Assembly (NCBI GenBank): GCA_022821085.1
Contig: JAJEEG010000007.1
Coordinates: 22,916 to 86,915, forward strand
DNA length: 64,000 bases
Direction of reading: 5' to 3'
From: Candidatus Latescibacterota bacterium
GTDB lineage: Bacteria; JAAXHH01
The notes under the pieces were generated by a model that was not told the origin of the DNA, searched no databases, and saw only the letters and a program-made list of their open reading frames with translations. The position numbers were made by a program, and so were the translations under genes. Shown piece by piece: positions 12,702-22,444 of this stretch; position 1 is the first letter of the stretch; every line of letters starts with the position of its first letter.

Positions 12702-14873
12702 TTGAACGCAGCGCACGACAACGAACAGCAGGAAGAACAGCAGGCCGGACAGCAGGCCAACCGCCTGGCCCACGAAACCAGCCCCTACCTCATTCAGCAC
12801 GCCCACAATCCCGTGGACTGGTATCCGTGGGGTGAAGAGGCCCTGGAGAAAGCCCGGTCGGAAGACAAGCCCGTGATGCTGTCCATCGGCTACTCGGCGT
12901 GCCACTGGTGCCACGTCATGGCCCACGAATCCTTCGAGAACGAGGAGACGGCGGAGCTCATGAACCGGCACTTCGTCAACGTCAAGGTGGACCGGGAGGA
13001 ACGGCCCGACCTGGACGAGATCTACATGAATGCCGTCACCGCCATGACGGGCAGCGGCGGCTGGCCCATGACCGTCTTCCTCACGCCCGGCCTGAAACCC
13101 TTCTACGGGGGCACCTATTTCCCTCCGGACGACCGGTACGGCCGGCCCGGGTTTCCCCGCATCCTCGAGGCGATAGCCCAGTTCTACCGGGAACGCCGGT
13201 CCGAAGCCGAGGAACAGGGCGACAAGCTTAAAGAGCGCCTCGTCGAACTGGCCGGGTTCACCTCAAGCAACGAGACCCTGGAAACGGGCCTGCTCGACAA
13301 GGCTTACGCCGGGATCGCCGCTTCCTATGACGCCACCAACGGCGGTTTCGGAACGCAGCCCAAGTTCCCCCCGTCCATGACGCTCTCCTTCCTGCTGCGC
13401 GAGCACCTCAGGTCCGGGCGGCAGACGGCCCTCGACATGGCTGCCCAATCCCTGGCGAAGATGGGCAACGGCGGGATCTACGACCACCTGGGCGGCGGGT
13501 TCCACCGGTATTCCGTCGACGCGAAGTGGCTGATCCCCCACTTCGAGAAGATGCTGTACGACAACGCGCTGCTCCTGGGGACGTACTCCGAGGCTTTCCA
13601 GGCCACGGGGGAACCCCTGTTCCGCAAGGTCGTTTCCGAAACGGCGTCGTACGTGATCGGAGAGATGCTGCAGCCCGGCGGGGGATTCTACGCGACGCAG
13701 GACGCGGACAGCGAGGGCGAGGAAGGCCGGTTCTTCGTGTGGACGCCGGACGAGATCAAGGCGGTCCTGGGGGACGAGAAGGGCCGCCTGTTCGCCCGTT
13801 ACTACGGCGTGGAGGAAGGGGGCAACTTCGAACACGGGACCAGCGTCCTGCACGTGGACGTCGGCCTGGAGCCCCTGGCCGCCCACCTGCAGGTGGCGCC
13901 GGACGAGTTGCGGGCGATCGTGTCCGAAGGCCGCCGGACCCTCTTCGATCACCGCGAAAAACGCGTGCACCCCGGACGGGACGAGAAGATCATGACGGAC
14001 TGGAACGGGCTGATGATCGGCAGCCTGGCCCGGGCGAGCCGCGTTTTCGGCGAACCGGCCTGGCTCGACGCGGCGGCGGATTCGATGGGGTTCGTCCTGG
14101 ACGCGCTGCACGAGGACGGCCGGCTCATGCATACGTTCAAGGACGGCCGCGCGCGGTTCAACGGCTACCTGGACGACTACGCTTTCACGGTTTCCGCCCT
14201 GCTCGACCTTTACGAGGCGACCTTCGACCCGGCCTGGTTCGCCCACGCCGAGGCACTCATGGAAACGACGATCGAGCGGTTCTGGGATCCGGAAGACGGA
14301 GGATTCTTCTTCACCAGCGACGACCACGAGACGCTCATCGTCCGGTCCAAGAACCCCTACGACAACGCGATTCCATCGGGCAATGCCGTGAGCGTGCAGA
14401 ACCTGCTACGGCTGGCCGCGTTTACCGGCAGGAACGATTACCGGGACCGGGCCGGTCAGACCCTCTCCCTCTTCACGGACTACATGGGCGCGGCGCCCGG
14501 GGGCTTCGGCCAGTTGCTGTGCGGACTCTCCTGGTATCTCGACAAGCCCGTCGAGATCGCCCTGGTCGGCGCCAGGGAGGATGATACCACGCGGGCCATG
14601 CTGGACCTGATCGACGGCACGTTCCTGCCGAACAAGGTAGTGGCCCTGTACGATCCGACCGGGGACGGCGGCCAAGTCGGCGGCCGTGCCGGGGCAGGCG
14701 GCCGTGTCGATGGCCAAGTCGGCGGCCGTGCGCCGGACCGCATCCCGCTTCTTGCCAACCGTCCACAGATCGACGGCGCGACCACGGCCTACGTCTGCGA
14801 GCAGTTCGTGTGCCGGCAGCCCGTGACCACGGTGGATGGGCTGGCCGAACTGCTTTCAATCAATCCCCAGTAA
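12702..14873 (+). CDS. yyaL: thioredoxin-domain protein YyaL (DUF255 / SSP411-like, six-hairpin glycosidase-like C-domain)
   Basis: [54 protein letters not shown] is the family N-terminus. The ORF-track start at 12465 overlaps the upstream gene. I prefer the in-frame TTG at 12702, immediately after the upstream stop. Confidence 0.85.
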   Translation: MNAAHDNEQQEEQQAGQQANRLAHETSPYLIQHAHNPVDWYPWGEEALEKARSEDKPVMLSIGYSACHWCHVMAHESFENEETAELMNRHFVNVKVDREERPDLDEIYMNAVTAMTGSGGWPMTVFLTPGLKPFYGGTYFPPDDRYGRPGFPRILEAIAQFYRERRSEAEEQGDKLKERLVELAGFTSSNETLETGLLDKAYAGIAASYDATNGGFGTQPKFPPSMTLSFLLREHLRSGRQTALDMAAQSLAKMGNGGIYDHLGGGFHRYSVDAKWLIPHFEKMLYDNALLLGTYSEAFQATGEPLFRKVVSETASYVIGEMLQPGGGFYATQDADSEGEEGRFFVWTPDEIKAVLGDEKGRLFARYYGVEEGGNFEHGTSVLHVDVGLEPLAAHLQVAPDELRAIVSEGRRTLFDHREKRVHPGRDEKIMTDWNGLMIGSLARASRVFGEPAWLDAAADSMGFVLDALHEDGRLMHTFKDGRARFNGYLDDYAFTVSALLDLYEATFDPAWFAHAEALMETTIERFWDPEDGGFFFTSDDHETLIVRSKNPYDNAIPSGNAVSVQNLLRLAAFTGRNDYRDRAGQTLSLFTDYMGAAPGGFGQLLCGLSWYLDKPVEIALVGAREDDTTRAMLDLIDGTFLPNKVVALYDPTGDGGQVGGRAGAGGRVDGQVGGRAPDRIPLLANRPQIDGATTAYVCEQFVCRQPVTTVDGLAELLSINPQ

Positions 14874-15794
14874 CCGGGCGACAGCGCCCTTTCCCGCGGC
14901 TTGCTCGCGGGTGTAGTGCGCGGGCATCTGGCTGTCGGACCAGCGCCCGGCATTCTGCAATTCGACCAGGGTTGCGCCGCGCTGCGCGAGTTCCTGAGCG
15001 GTTCCGATGCGAAGGCTGTGCCCACTCACGCCCTTGATGCCGACCAGCTCCGCAGAGGCCTTGATGGCCAGCCGGGCGCCATCCACCGTCAGCCGGGCAT
15101 CGCTCATCCGGTCGCCTTTGAGCATCCGTCGAATGAGGGGCCCCTCCGTGTAGCCGGCTCTCTGCTGCAACTGCTGGATCGTTTCGACGGTCCGGGTGGT
15201 CAGAAAAAGGCTGGCGCCCTTTCCTTCCTGGTCCGTCTTGCTTCGGACCAATAGGAGTCGTCCACTCCCGTCAAACTCGGTGGTGATGTGTTCGCAATCG
15301 ATGGCGACGGCTTCTCCGATCCTCAACAAGGCATCGCTCATCACGCGAAACAGCGCGGCGTCCCTCAGTCCGGCCAGGGTGTCGGTGGCGACTGCGTTCT
15401 GTACCATGATCTTGACCGTCTCGCGAGTCAATCCCGTAACCTGGCCGCGGCCCCGGTTTCGACCTTCGCGACGGATCCCGGCCAGCGTCCGGTTCGTTAA
15501 CGGCCCCACGCTCGACGGGCGTCGATCCAGCTTCTCCCAGAAACGGACGGCCTGCACCACTACTGTTACGGTAGCGGGTGCCAGTCCCCTGGTATACAGG
15601 TGTGCGAGGTAGCCCGCAAGCGTAGTGTCGGTCAACGGCTGCCCATCCAGGTGCTGGAACAACTTGCGCAATGCATCGCCATACGCCTTTGCCGTGTTCG
15701 GCGCGATGCTGGCTTCCAGTAATCGCGCGACATCGACGGACGTTCCATTGGTCCTGTGGTCGAGGGTATGCTGTAAGGAAATGTTACGCTGCAT
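14856..15794 (-). CDS. Cre-like tyrosine site-specific recombinase
   Basis: ORF 14856..15824. From my memory of Cre, [16 protein letters not shown] resembles [26 protein letters not shown] resembles LLRIAEIARI, and [41 protein letters not shown] resembles SGHSARVGAARDMARAGVSIPEIMQAGGWTNVNIVMNYIRN. A GGAGA SD lies 7 nt before ATG 15794. The 3' end overlaps yyaL by 18 nt, convergently. Confidence 0.85.
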   Translation of the reverse strand: MQRNISLQHTLDHRTNGTSVDVARLLEASIAPNTAKAYGDALRKLFQHLDGQPLTDTTLAGYLAHLYTRGLAPATVTVVVQAVRFWEKLDRRPSSVGPLTNRTLAGIRREGRNRGRGQVTGLTRETVKIMVQNAVATDTLAGLRDAALFRVMSDALLRIGEAVAIDCEHITTEFDGSGRLLLVRSKTDQEGKGASLFLTTRTVETIQQLQQRAGYTEGPLIRRMLKGDRMSDARLTVDGARLAIKASAELVGIKGVSGHSLRIGTAQELAQRGATLVELQNAGRWSDSQMPAHYTREQAAGKGAVARLLGID

Positions 15795-16570
15795 CGTACT
15801 ATCTCCACACAAGAGGTCCGACACGCTCTCACGGGGTAGAGATCGCTGTTACCCTTTATTCGGACGAGACAGGTAGGAAACCAGCTACTATCTCCTGCCG
15901 TTATCTGAAATGTTTGTTTTTGTGATATAAATGGAGTGGTTCAACAAATACCGGATGGCTGGGTTTGTAGGATCAGTCCCGCGGTGCCGACGGGCAAGGA
16001 CGGCTTTACCCGGGAACGGATTCGAAAGAGGGCAGTGCTTAAATACCGGGAACGTAAGCCATTTAAGCCGGTCCCCAATTCGCCGGTCTCCATCTTGCCG
16101 TTTCGTGGTCTTTTCATTGGTAAGGTACGCTTGGTTCGGGAGCCGGTCAACTACTAAGTGATCATTTATGTTTTTTATGTGATTTTACTCCGTATATATA
16201 TGATTAGATTGAGCTATAAGTCAAGAAAAAACTTCTTTTTTTATCATTTTCTGTGAGTTCCCTACCTGATCCGGACCCCGTTAAAACCTGGCAATGCGCC
16301 ACATATTGTCGGTCCTGCATCATCATTTTCCCATTCCTGACTTACCCTATCCTGCCCTGATGTAACCGGTCCTGGCTGACGTACTCGATCCTGCCTGACG
16401 TACTCGTCCCACCTTGCGACCAGATCCTTCCTGTGTATCCGGTACAGACCACAAATACCCTTCTGTACCCGAAATATTCGATCATACACCATCACAAAAC
16501 AGTGCGCGGGATCCAAATGCAAGCGAAAAATCAGACGGGGAGCCAGCCGCCTTCTGACGCTCGGTCTATT

Positions 16571-16754
16571 CATATTTAACTGAAAAAGTGCCCGATACGG
16601 TCTGAAATTCGACCAGTCTTGAACTCTGATTTGCAGTCTTGAGCCAAGTAATCTAAGTCAACCGACCTTAATTCGCGGGAAAGGAGGCGATATAGGCAAG
16701 TCTCGTGTTTTCGTCATTCCTTTAAGTAAGTGTTTCCATAAACGGGAGAACACA
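16571..16754 (+). promoter_or_regulatory. conserved upstream/leader block of collagen-like paralog 1
   Basis: The block starts with catatttaactgaaaaagtgcccgatac and ends with aattcgcgggaaaggaggcgatataggcaag...gtgtttccataaacgGGGAGaacacaATG. It is shared with blocks at 20472, 24291 and 26498. I could not place the TSS or -10/-35 boxes. Confidence 0.55.
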
Positions 16755-18155
16755 ATGCATTACCTCATAATTGCTGTATTGGCCTTCGCGCTTTCCGTGT
16801 TGGGATGCGAGGGCAAAACAGGCCCCGCAGGTCCGACTGGTCCGTCCGGCGCCGCAGGCCCGGCAGGTCCGGCTGGCCCGCAGGGTTCGACTGGCCCGGC
16901 AGGTCCAGCTGGTCCCCAGGGTCCGGCTGGTGCTGACGGTGCCGATGGTGCACCCGGTCCGCAGGGTGAGCCCGGTCCGGCAGGTCCGCAAGGCGAGAAG
17001 GGTGAACCGGGTGAGGATGGTGCACCTGGCACCGGAGTCGATCCAGGTACTGTCCAAGGGATCGTTAACGAAGTCGTCGCTGGCGGCATCCTGGCTGACG
17101 TGCACCACATCCTCTTGCTGAAGGACGGTGAAACAGACCCTGAAAAAGGCACTGTTATACCTGTTGCTGGTGAAGATGAGATCCAAGGCGTGAACGTTGG
17201 CCTGCTTGCAGGTAGTTCAACAACCTTTGCGGCCAAGGTCGCGAGCGTCAGCAAACAGCCGATTCCCTCTACGTTTACGTGGTCATCCGACGATGAGACG
17301 ACAGCCTCGGTGGATAACGGTACGATTACGGGTAATAGAAAAGGAGAGGCGACGGTAACCATGTCCGTCGATGGCCGTGGGATAGAAGTGGCATTCAATG
17401 TTACCGTACACGATGTCGTCAAGGGTATCGTAGCTTCGACTGGCGAGGATACCAGGCTTGCAGTGGGCGATGATATAACAGTCAATGCCGTCGCCTACGA
17501 CAAAGCCCAGGACGATATGCCGGGCGTCGATGGGGTCGTTGTTCCTGATGTAACCTTCACCTGGATGAGTTCCAATGTAGCCGTTGCAACAGTGGATGAA
17601 GACGGTGTGGTGACCGGTGTTGGTGCCGGAAGTGCTGAAATCACGGCACATGTAGGCGACGTCGCGAGCAACAAGATCGAAGTCACCGTATTCTCGATTC
17701 AGGGTATCGAACGCAGGCTGATACCGACTCTCCCCATTGCGGCGACGTATTTGGCTGTTGATGATTCGACTGCGGTTGATCCAACCGCTGACCCGGTGGT
17801 CTATCAGCCGGTATCCGCTATTACGATGGTGCCGACCAGTTTTAACATTACGGTGAATATCCAGGAGAAAGACCAGAATGGAGACTGGGCGAACCTCGAT
17901 TCCGGTGCTACAGGTTCGACGGTTACATTCATGAGTTTGGACACGGAGGTGATTGCATTCACCGGCGGTAGTTTTACTACAGCTAGCACTACTGCGGGTC
18001 CTGCGCACAGCGTATCAATAGGATCGGATCCTGCTGCTGGCCACGCTGTAGTAGGTCGGGGCACCGCCAGAGTGGAGATCTCTTCCAAGTATGCCCCCAC
18101 GATTTATATCGAGGTGGACATAACACTTCCTGCAAACTCCAAGGCGGGCAGTTGA
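16755..18155 (+). CDS. collagen-like triple-helix repeat lipoprotein with Big_2 domains (paralog 1 of 5)
   Basis: 466 aa. Lipoprotein signal [18 protein letters not shown], then 25 uninterrupted G-X-Y triplets, then Big_2-like segments ([31 protein letters not shown]; [32 protein letters not shown]). Confidence 0.9.
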   Translation: MHYLIIAVLAFALSVLGCEGKTGPAGPTGPSGAAGPAGPAGPQGSTGPAGPAGPQGPAGADGADGAPGPQGEPGPAGPQGEKGEPGEDGAPGTGVDPGTVQGIVNEVVAGGILADVHHILLLKDGETDPEKGTVIPVAGEDEIQGVNVGLLAGSSTTFAAKVASVSKQPIPSTFTWSSDDETTASVDNGTITGNRKGEATVTMSVDGRGIEVAFNVTVHDVVKGIVASTGEDTRLAVGDDITVNAVAYDKAQDDMPGVDGVVVPDVTFTWMSSNVAVATVDEDGVVTGVGAGSAEITAHVGDVASNKIEVTVFSIQGIERRLIPTLPIAATYLAVDDSTAVDPTADPVVYQPVSAITMVPTSFNITVNIQEKDQNGDWANLDSGATGSTVTFMSLDTEVIAFTGGSFTTASTTAGPAHSVSIGSDPAAGHAVVGRGTARVEISSKYAPTIYIEVDITLPANSKAGS

Positions 18156-18158
18156 CAT

Positions 18159-18428
18159 CGGGATAATCCGGGTCCCGTAGACAGGGCGCTGACAGAGTCC
18201 TGTGGCTTTGATGGGGTGCCTTCCCGGGCATCCCATCGGACCAAGTTCCGAGTGACCCCCGGAAGTTATCCCGACAGGGCAAGCAACACATCAGCATCCG
18301 CCCTGCATTTGTCTCGGTCATTTCGTTACAACTTCCCGTTCGCCCTGAGTAGGAGCCACAGGCCACTGAAAAGGGCGATCGGTTCCGAAAACAGGAAAAG
18401 CCCCACTGCAGTTAACGGGGCTTTTCTG
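18159..18428 (+). ncRNA. conserved structured 3'-UTR element, copy 1 (unclassified)
   Basis: It starts 4 nt after the stop codon. Helices seen: cgggataa/ttatcccg, tccggg/cccgga, variable hairpin GATGGGGTGCC-ttcccg-GGCATCCCATC, cagggcg/cgccctg, ccgttcgccct/agggcgatcgg. It ends in a terminator. Five copies are present in the window. Confidence 0.6.
18394..18428 (+). terminator. intrinsic terminator of paralog 1
   Basis: ggaaaagcccc-actgcagttaac-ggggcttttctg: GC-rich stem followed by a U-tract. Confidence 0.8.
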
Positions 18429-18527
18429 TATCCAGTGATACAGGTGAGAGCTCCACTATATCGCTCTCACTGGTTCTCGGCGGTATCCGACACCTTTTAG
18501 AAGTGTTTCCATAAACGGGAGAACACA

Positions 18528-19940
18528 ATGCATTACCTCATAATTGCTGTATTGGCCTTCGCGCTTTCCGTGTTGGGATGCGAGGGCAAGACCGGTCCCG
18601 CAGGACCGACGGGTCCTTCCGGCGCCGCTGGCCCGGCGGGTCCGGCTGGACCGCAGGGTTCGACTGGCCCGGCAGGCCCGGCAGGTCCCCAGGGTCCGGC
18701 TGGCGCTGATGGTGCCGATGGTGCTCCTGGTCCGCAGGGTGAGACCGGTCCGGCAGGTCCGCAAGGCGAGAAGGGTGAACCGGGTGAGGATGGTGCACCT
18801 GGCACCGGAGTCGATCCAGGTACTGTCCAGGGTATCGTTAACGAGGTCGTCGCTGGCGGCATCCTGGCTGACGTACACCACATCCTCTTGCTGAAGGACG
18901 GTGAAACAGACCCTGAAAAAGGCACTGTTATACCTGTTGCGGGTGAAGATGAGATCCAAGGCGTGGACGTTGGTCTGCTTGCAGGTAGTTCAACAACCTT
19001 TGCAGCCAAGGTCGCGAGCGTTAGCAAACAGCCGATTCCCTCTACGTTTACGTGGTCATCCGACGATGAGACGACAGCCTCGGTGGATAACGGTACGATT
19101 ACGGGTAATAGAAAGGGAGAGGCGACGGTAACCATGTCCGTCGATGGCCGTGGGATAGAAGTGGCATTCAACGTTACCGTACACGATGTCGTCAAGGGTA
19201 TCATAGCTTCGACTGGCGAGGATACCAGGCTTGCAGTGGGCGATGAGATAACGGTCAGTGCCGTCGCCTACGACAAAGCCCAGGACGATATGCCGGGCGT
19301 CGATGGGGTCGTTGTTCCTGATGTAACCTTCACCTGGATGAGTTCCAATGTAGCCGTTGCAACAGTGGATGAAGACGGCGTGGTGACCGGTGTTGGTGCC
19401 GGAAGTGCTGAAATCACGGCACATGTAGGCGACGTCGCGAGCAACAAGATCGAAGTCACCGTATTCTCGATTCAGGGTATCGAACGCAGGTTGATACCGA
19501 CGCTCCCCATTGCGGCGACGTATTTGGCTGTTGATGATTCGACTGCGGTTGATCCAACCGCTGACCCGGTGGTCTATCAGCCGGTATCCGCTATTACGAT
19601 GGTACCGGATTCCTTTATCATTTCGGTGATAATCCACGAGAAAAATCCAGATGGCGACTGGGTTCGATACAATGGACTCACCCGATTGGCTGGAGAGGCG
19701 ACTTTTACGAGTTTGGACCCGCATGTGCTTGCTTTTGTCGGTGGTAGTTTTACTACATCCTCCAATAATTCTGGAATAGGTTTCTCAGCAGTAATAGGGG
19801 CGGATCCTTCGGTGTCTTCACTCCATGGTGTGGTAGTGGGCCGGGGCACCGCTATAGTGGAGATCTCATACACGCATGGCCCTACAATCTATATCGAGGT
19901 GGACATTACACTTCCTGCTAACTCCAAGGCGGGCAGTTAG
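18528..19940 (+). CDS. collagen-like triple-helix repeat lipoprotein with Big_2 domains (paralog 2 of 5)
   Basis: 470 aa. It has the same signal peptide and 25 G-X-Y triplets. It is near-identical to paralog 1 for about 360 aa, then has a divergent ~100-aa segment, then the identical end [19 protein letters not shown]. Only about 30 nt of the conserved leader (gtgtttccataaacgggagaacaca) lies upstream. Confidence 0.9.
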   Translation: MHYLIIAVLAFALSVLGCEGKTGPAGPTGPSGAAGPAGPAGPQGSTGPAGPAGPQGPAGADGADGAPGPQGETGPAGPQGEKGEPGEDGAPGTGVDPGTVQGIVNEVVAGGILADVHHILLLKDGETDPEKGTVIPVAGEDEIQGVDVGLLAGSSTTFAAKVASVSKQPIPSTFTWSSDDETTASVDNGTITGNRKGEATVTMSVDGRGIEVAFNVTVHDVVKGIIASTGEDTRLAVGDEITVSAVAYDKAQDDMPGVDGVVVPDVTFTWMSSNVAVATVDEDGVVTGVGAGSAEITAHVGDVASNKIEVTVFSIQGIERRLIPTLPIAATYLAVDDSTAVDPTADPVVYQPVSAITMVPDSFIISVIIHEKNPDGDWVRYNGLTRLAGEATFTSLDPHVLAFVGGSFTTSSNNSGIGFSAVIGADPSVSSLHGVVVGRGTAIVEISYTHGPTIYIEVDITLPANSKAGS

Positions 19941-19943
19941 CAT

Positions 19944-20211
19944 CGGGATAATCCGGGTCCCGTAGACAGGGCGCTGACAGAGTCCTGTGGCTTTGGTGGG
20001 GTGCCTTCCCGGGCATCCCATCGGACCAAGTTCCGAGTGACCCCCGGAAGTTATCACGACAAGGCAAGCAACACATCAGCATCCGCCCTGCATTTGTCTC
20101 GGTCATTTCGTTACAACTTCCCGTTCGCCCTGAGTAGGAGCTTCGGCCACTGAAAAGGGCGATCGGTTCCGAAAACTGGAAAAGCCCCGTTGCTGGTACG
20201 GGGCTTTTCTG
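19944..20211 (+). ncRNA. conserved structured 3'-UTR element, copy 2
   Basis: Same architecture as copy 1. The outer helix carries one mismatch (ttatcacg). Confidence 0.6.
20178..20211 (+). terminator. intrinsic terminator of paralog 2
   Basis: ggaaaagccccg-ttgctggta-cggggcttttctg. Confidence 0.8.
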
Positions 20212-20471
20212 CGTTTGACGATTTAATGTTGGTCCATCCGTCTCCCTCGCTTATCCCCTTACCAATTTTACGTTCCAGTCGTACCCGCTCCTATCTGACG
20301 TATTCAGTTCATACCTGTAATACCCCGATCTCTTACCGGTCGTACCTCGAGCTCCTTCTACGTACCCGACCAGACCTGACGTATCCGATTCACACTCCCA
20401 GCAAGAAACAGTGCGCGACACCCTATTCCGTCGGCCTTCCGACGAGCCAGCCTCCGCTCCCTGCTGCTCAG

Positions 20472-20657
20472 CATAATCATATTTAACTGAAAAAGTGCCC
20501 GATACGACCCTGAAACACGGTGGTTTGATCCGAAATCAGCAACTTTGGATGGCAATTTAGTCAACCGATCAATTCGCGGGAAAGGAGGCGATATAGGTCA
20601 GTTTGGGTCTTCGTCATTCCTTTTAGTAAGTAGTGTTTCCATAAACGGGAGAACACA
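20472..20657 (+). promoter_or_regulatory. conserved upstream/leader block of paralog 3
   Basis: cataatcatatttaactgaaaaagtgcccgatac...caattcgcgggaaaggaggcgatatagg...gtgtttccataaacgggagaacacaATG. Confidence 0.55.
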
Positions 20658-22058
20658 ATGCATTACCTCATAATCGCTGTATTGGCTCTCGGTTTGTCCC
20701 TCATGGGATGCGAGGGCAAGACAGGCCCCGCAGGTCCGACTGGTCCGTCCGGCGCCGCTGGCCCGGCAGGTCCGGCTGGCCCGCAGGGTTCGACTGGTCC
20801 GGCAGGTCCGGCTGGTCCCCAGGGTCCGGCTGGTGCTGATGGTGCCGCTGGTCCGGCAGGTCCGCAAGGTGAGAAGGGTGACACCGGTGAGACTGGCCCG
20901 GCGGGTCCCAAGGGTGATCCTGGTGACTCAGGTATCCCAACGGATATTCCGGGGAACATCCTGGCAACCGTTCATCATATCATTATAGGCCACATCGATG
21001 AAGATGGTGAAAAGGCTGGGAAGGTTACCTATTGGGCACCGAATTTCGTCCCGGCTGAAGGTACAGACGCCCTGTCCTATAACCTGGGCGTTGGTGATAT
21101 GGTTCAACTTGCTATCAAAGCTGGATCACAGGATGAAGAAGCGTTACCTGTTGAGTTCGCATACTCATCCGATGATGAAGTCAACGTAACGGTAAGCGAT
21201 GGCGGTTTGATCGAAGCCAAGAGATCGGGTGAAGCCACAATTACGGTTACGGCGGTTGGACGTGGAATAGCCATCGATATAGCCGTTAACGTGCTTTCCA
21301 GCGCTGATCACGTTGTTATAATGGGACCTGGTGGAGCCAATACCTCCAAAACTGCAAGTGGAGCCATCACCATACCGGAAGGCAGTTCCATTACGCTCAC
21401 AGCGGAAGCTAGAAAGAAAGATGGTTCGAAAATCAACGGTGCTTCCTTCTCGTGGGCTTCTAGTAATGATGCTATAGCTTCAGTTGATGATGGCGCGGTT
21501 ACGGCCAACGGGACAGGTACGGCTTCAATCACTGCCAGTTCGGGCGGCAAGACCAGTAAGGCTGTGAAAGTCACCGTTACGGCTGGTGGGATTAACGAGT
21601 TTGAAATCCAGTTGATTAATCCTATCGCCCAGGCCTACACAGTCAAACGACAAAGTTACGATGATGAAGAAGAAGCTGATGATTACAAGCTGCCTGACAA
21701 CACGATGGTTGTAAAACCTGTCAATTCAGCTGATCCTCCTGTCGTTGCGCCTCTGGTATACAGGTTCAGGCTGTGGGATCTGATAAATCGGAATGCAACC
21801 ACTGGATTGCCAACTGCAGAGGGTGACCAGGCAGGTAATTTTTCGCTGTCAGCCAATACTGACATCGTTGACCTGACTGGCATTGTAGTAGCTGCAGGAA
21901 CCGATACAGGTGCTTATTCGTTTACGGTACCCCCATCCGCCATTAGCAAGTTTGGCACTACGCAAATCGTTATTAGCCTTCCTGGAGCTTCTTCTCGATC
22001 CGTGAGTATTACCATATCTCCGGCAAGCGAGGATTCGACAGTTCCACAACAGTCGTAA
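20658..22058 (+). CDS. collagen-like triple-helix repeat lipoprotein with Big_2 domains (paralog 3 of 5)
   Basis: 466 aa. Signal [18 protein letters not shown], 24 G-X-Y triplets, Big_2-like segments ([32 protein letters not shown]; [31 protein letters not shown]) and a unique C-terminus. Confidence 0.9.
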   Translation: MHYLIIAVLALGLSLMGCEGKTGPAGPTGPSGAAGPAGPAGPQGSTGPAGPAGPQGPAGADGAAGPAGPQGEKGDTGETGPAGPKGDPGDSGIPTDIPGNILATVHHIIIGHIDEDGEKAGKVTYWAPNFVPAEGTDALSYNLGVGDMVQLAIKAGSQDEEALPVEFAYSSDDEVNVTVSDGGLIEAKRSGEATITVTAVGRGIAIDIAVNVLSSADHVVIMGPGGANTSKTASGAITIPEGSSITLTAEARKKDGSKINGASFSWASSNDAIASVDDGAVTANGTGTASITASSGGKTSKAVKVTVTAGGINEFEIQLINPIAQAYTVKRQSYDDEEEADDYKLPDNTMVVKPVNSADPPVVAPLVYRFRLWDLINRNATTGLPTAEGDQAGNFSLSANTDIVDLTGIVVAAGTDTGAYSFTVPPSAISKFGTTQIVISLPGASSRSVSITISPASEDSTVPQQS

Positions 22059-22061
22059 CCT

Positions 22062-22330
22062 CGGGATAATCCGGGTCCCGTAGACAGGGCGCTGACAGAG
22101 TCCTGCGGTGCAGGCAGGGAAGGGTTCCCACCTTTCCCTGCCACACCAAGTTCCGAGTGACCCCCGGAGGTATCCCGACAGGGCAAGCAACACATCTGCA
22201 TCCGCCCTGCATTTGTCTCGGTCATTTCGTTACAACTTCCCGTTCGCCCTGAGTAGGAGCTTCGGCCACTGAAAAGGGCGATCGGATCTGAAAACAGGAA
22301 AAGCCCCGTTGCTGGTACGGGGCTTTTCTG
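22062..22330 (+). ncRNA. conserved structured 3'-UTR element, copy 3
   Basis: The conserved flanks match the other copies. The variable hairpin is replaced by GGCAGGGAAGG-gttccca-CCTTTCCCTGCC, a different sequence with the same stem-loop. Confidence 0.6.
22297..22330 (+). terminator. intrinsic terminator of paralog 3
   Basis: ggaaaagccccg-ttgctggta-cggggcttttctg. Confidence 0.8.
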
Positions 22331-22444
22331 CGTTCAACGGATTTTGGTAGCTGATGTCGCTGATGTAGCGGGTGTTACTGCTGTAGCGGGTATAGCGGGA
22401 CCTTGTAATCTCGACTATGACCGAGCAAGTGGGAATTCCCGCCC

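Noticed and set aside
16100-16160. A tRNA or tRNA fragment as an integration target next to the recombinase (ggttcgggagcc looks like a T-loop).
   Set aside because: The flanking bases do not form a T-stem or an acceptor stem, and no cloverleaf can be drawn.
16735-16754. Complementarity between the conserved RBS region (AACGGGAG) and CUUCCCGUU in the 3'-UTR element, as a possible 5'-3' UTR pairing.
   Set aside because: There are only 7 Watson-Crick pairs plus one wobble, which is expected by chance in a 270-nt element. The 3' segment is also already used in a stronger local helix.
16760-17485. Long antisense and off-frame ORFs over the G-X-Y tracts and other high-G+C genes, for example 16760..17485, 4597..5886, 6794..7744, 22643..24283, 41517..43055, 52986..54962 and 56150..57925.
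   Set aside because: These are typical stop-codon-poor shadow frames of high-G+C or repeat DNA. Each overlaps a gene with clear family motifs on the other strand or frame, and their products are Arg/Pro/Gly-rich low-complexity sequence.
17989-18366. Reverse-strand ORFs inside the conserved 3'-UTR elements, such as MTETNAGRMLMCCLPCRD... at 17989..18366, 19918..20106, 21914..22225 and 27943..28389. These might suggest a conserved antisense peptide.
   Set aside because: The variable hairpin region differs in length by non-multiples of three (41, 43 and 42 nt). The downstream frames therefore differ between copies, and the substitutions are stem-compensatory rather than codon-like. Non-coding conservation explains them.
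18159-18428. Local resemblance of the 3'-UTR element to the RNase P RNA P4 region (AAUCCGGGUCCCGUAGACAGGGCGC versus AGUCCGGGCUCCAUAGGGCAGGGUGCC) and to cobalamin-riboswitch fragments (AAUCC..., GCCACUG).
   Set aside because: The element is too short for RNase P, is present in five copies in 3' UTRs, and lacks the other universally conserved RNase P segments. It also lacks the B12-box (AGCCAGGAGACCUGCC-like), and a 3'-UTR location is wrong for a riboswitch.
17830-19880. A diversity-generating retroelement (TR/VR) as the explanation for the divergent C-terminal segment of paralogs 1 and 2.
   Set aside because: The differences include indels and affect all four bases rather than adenine-specific positions. 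No reverse transcriptase gene is present in the window.
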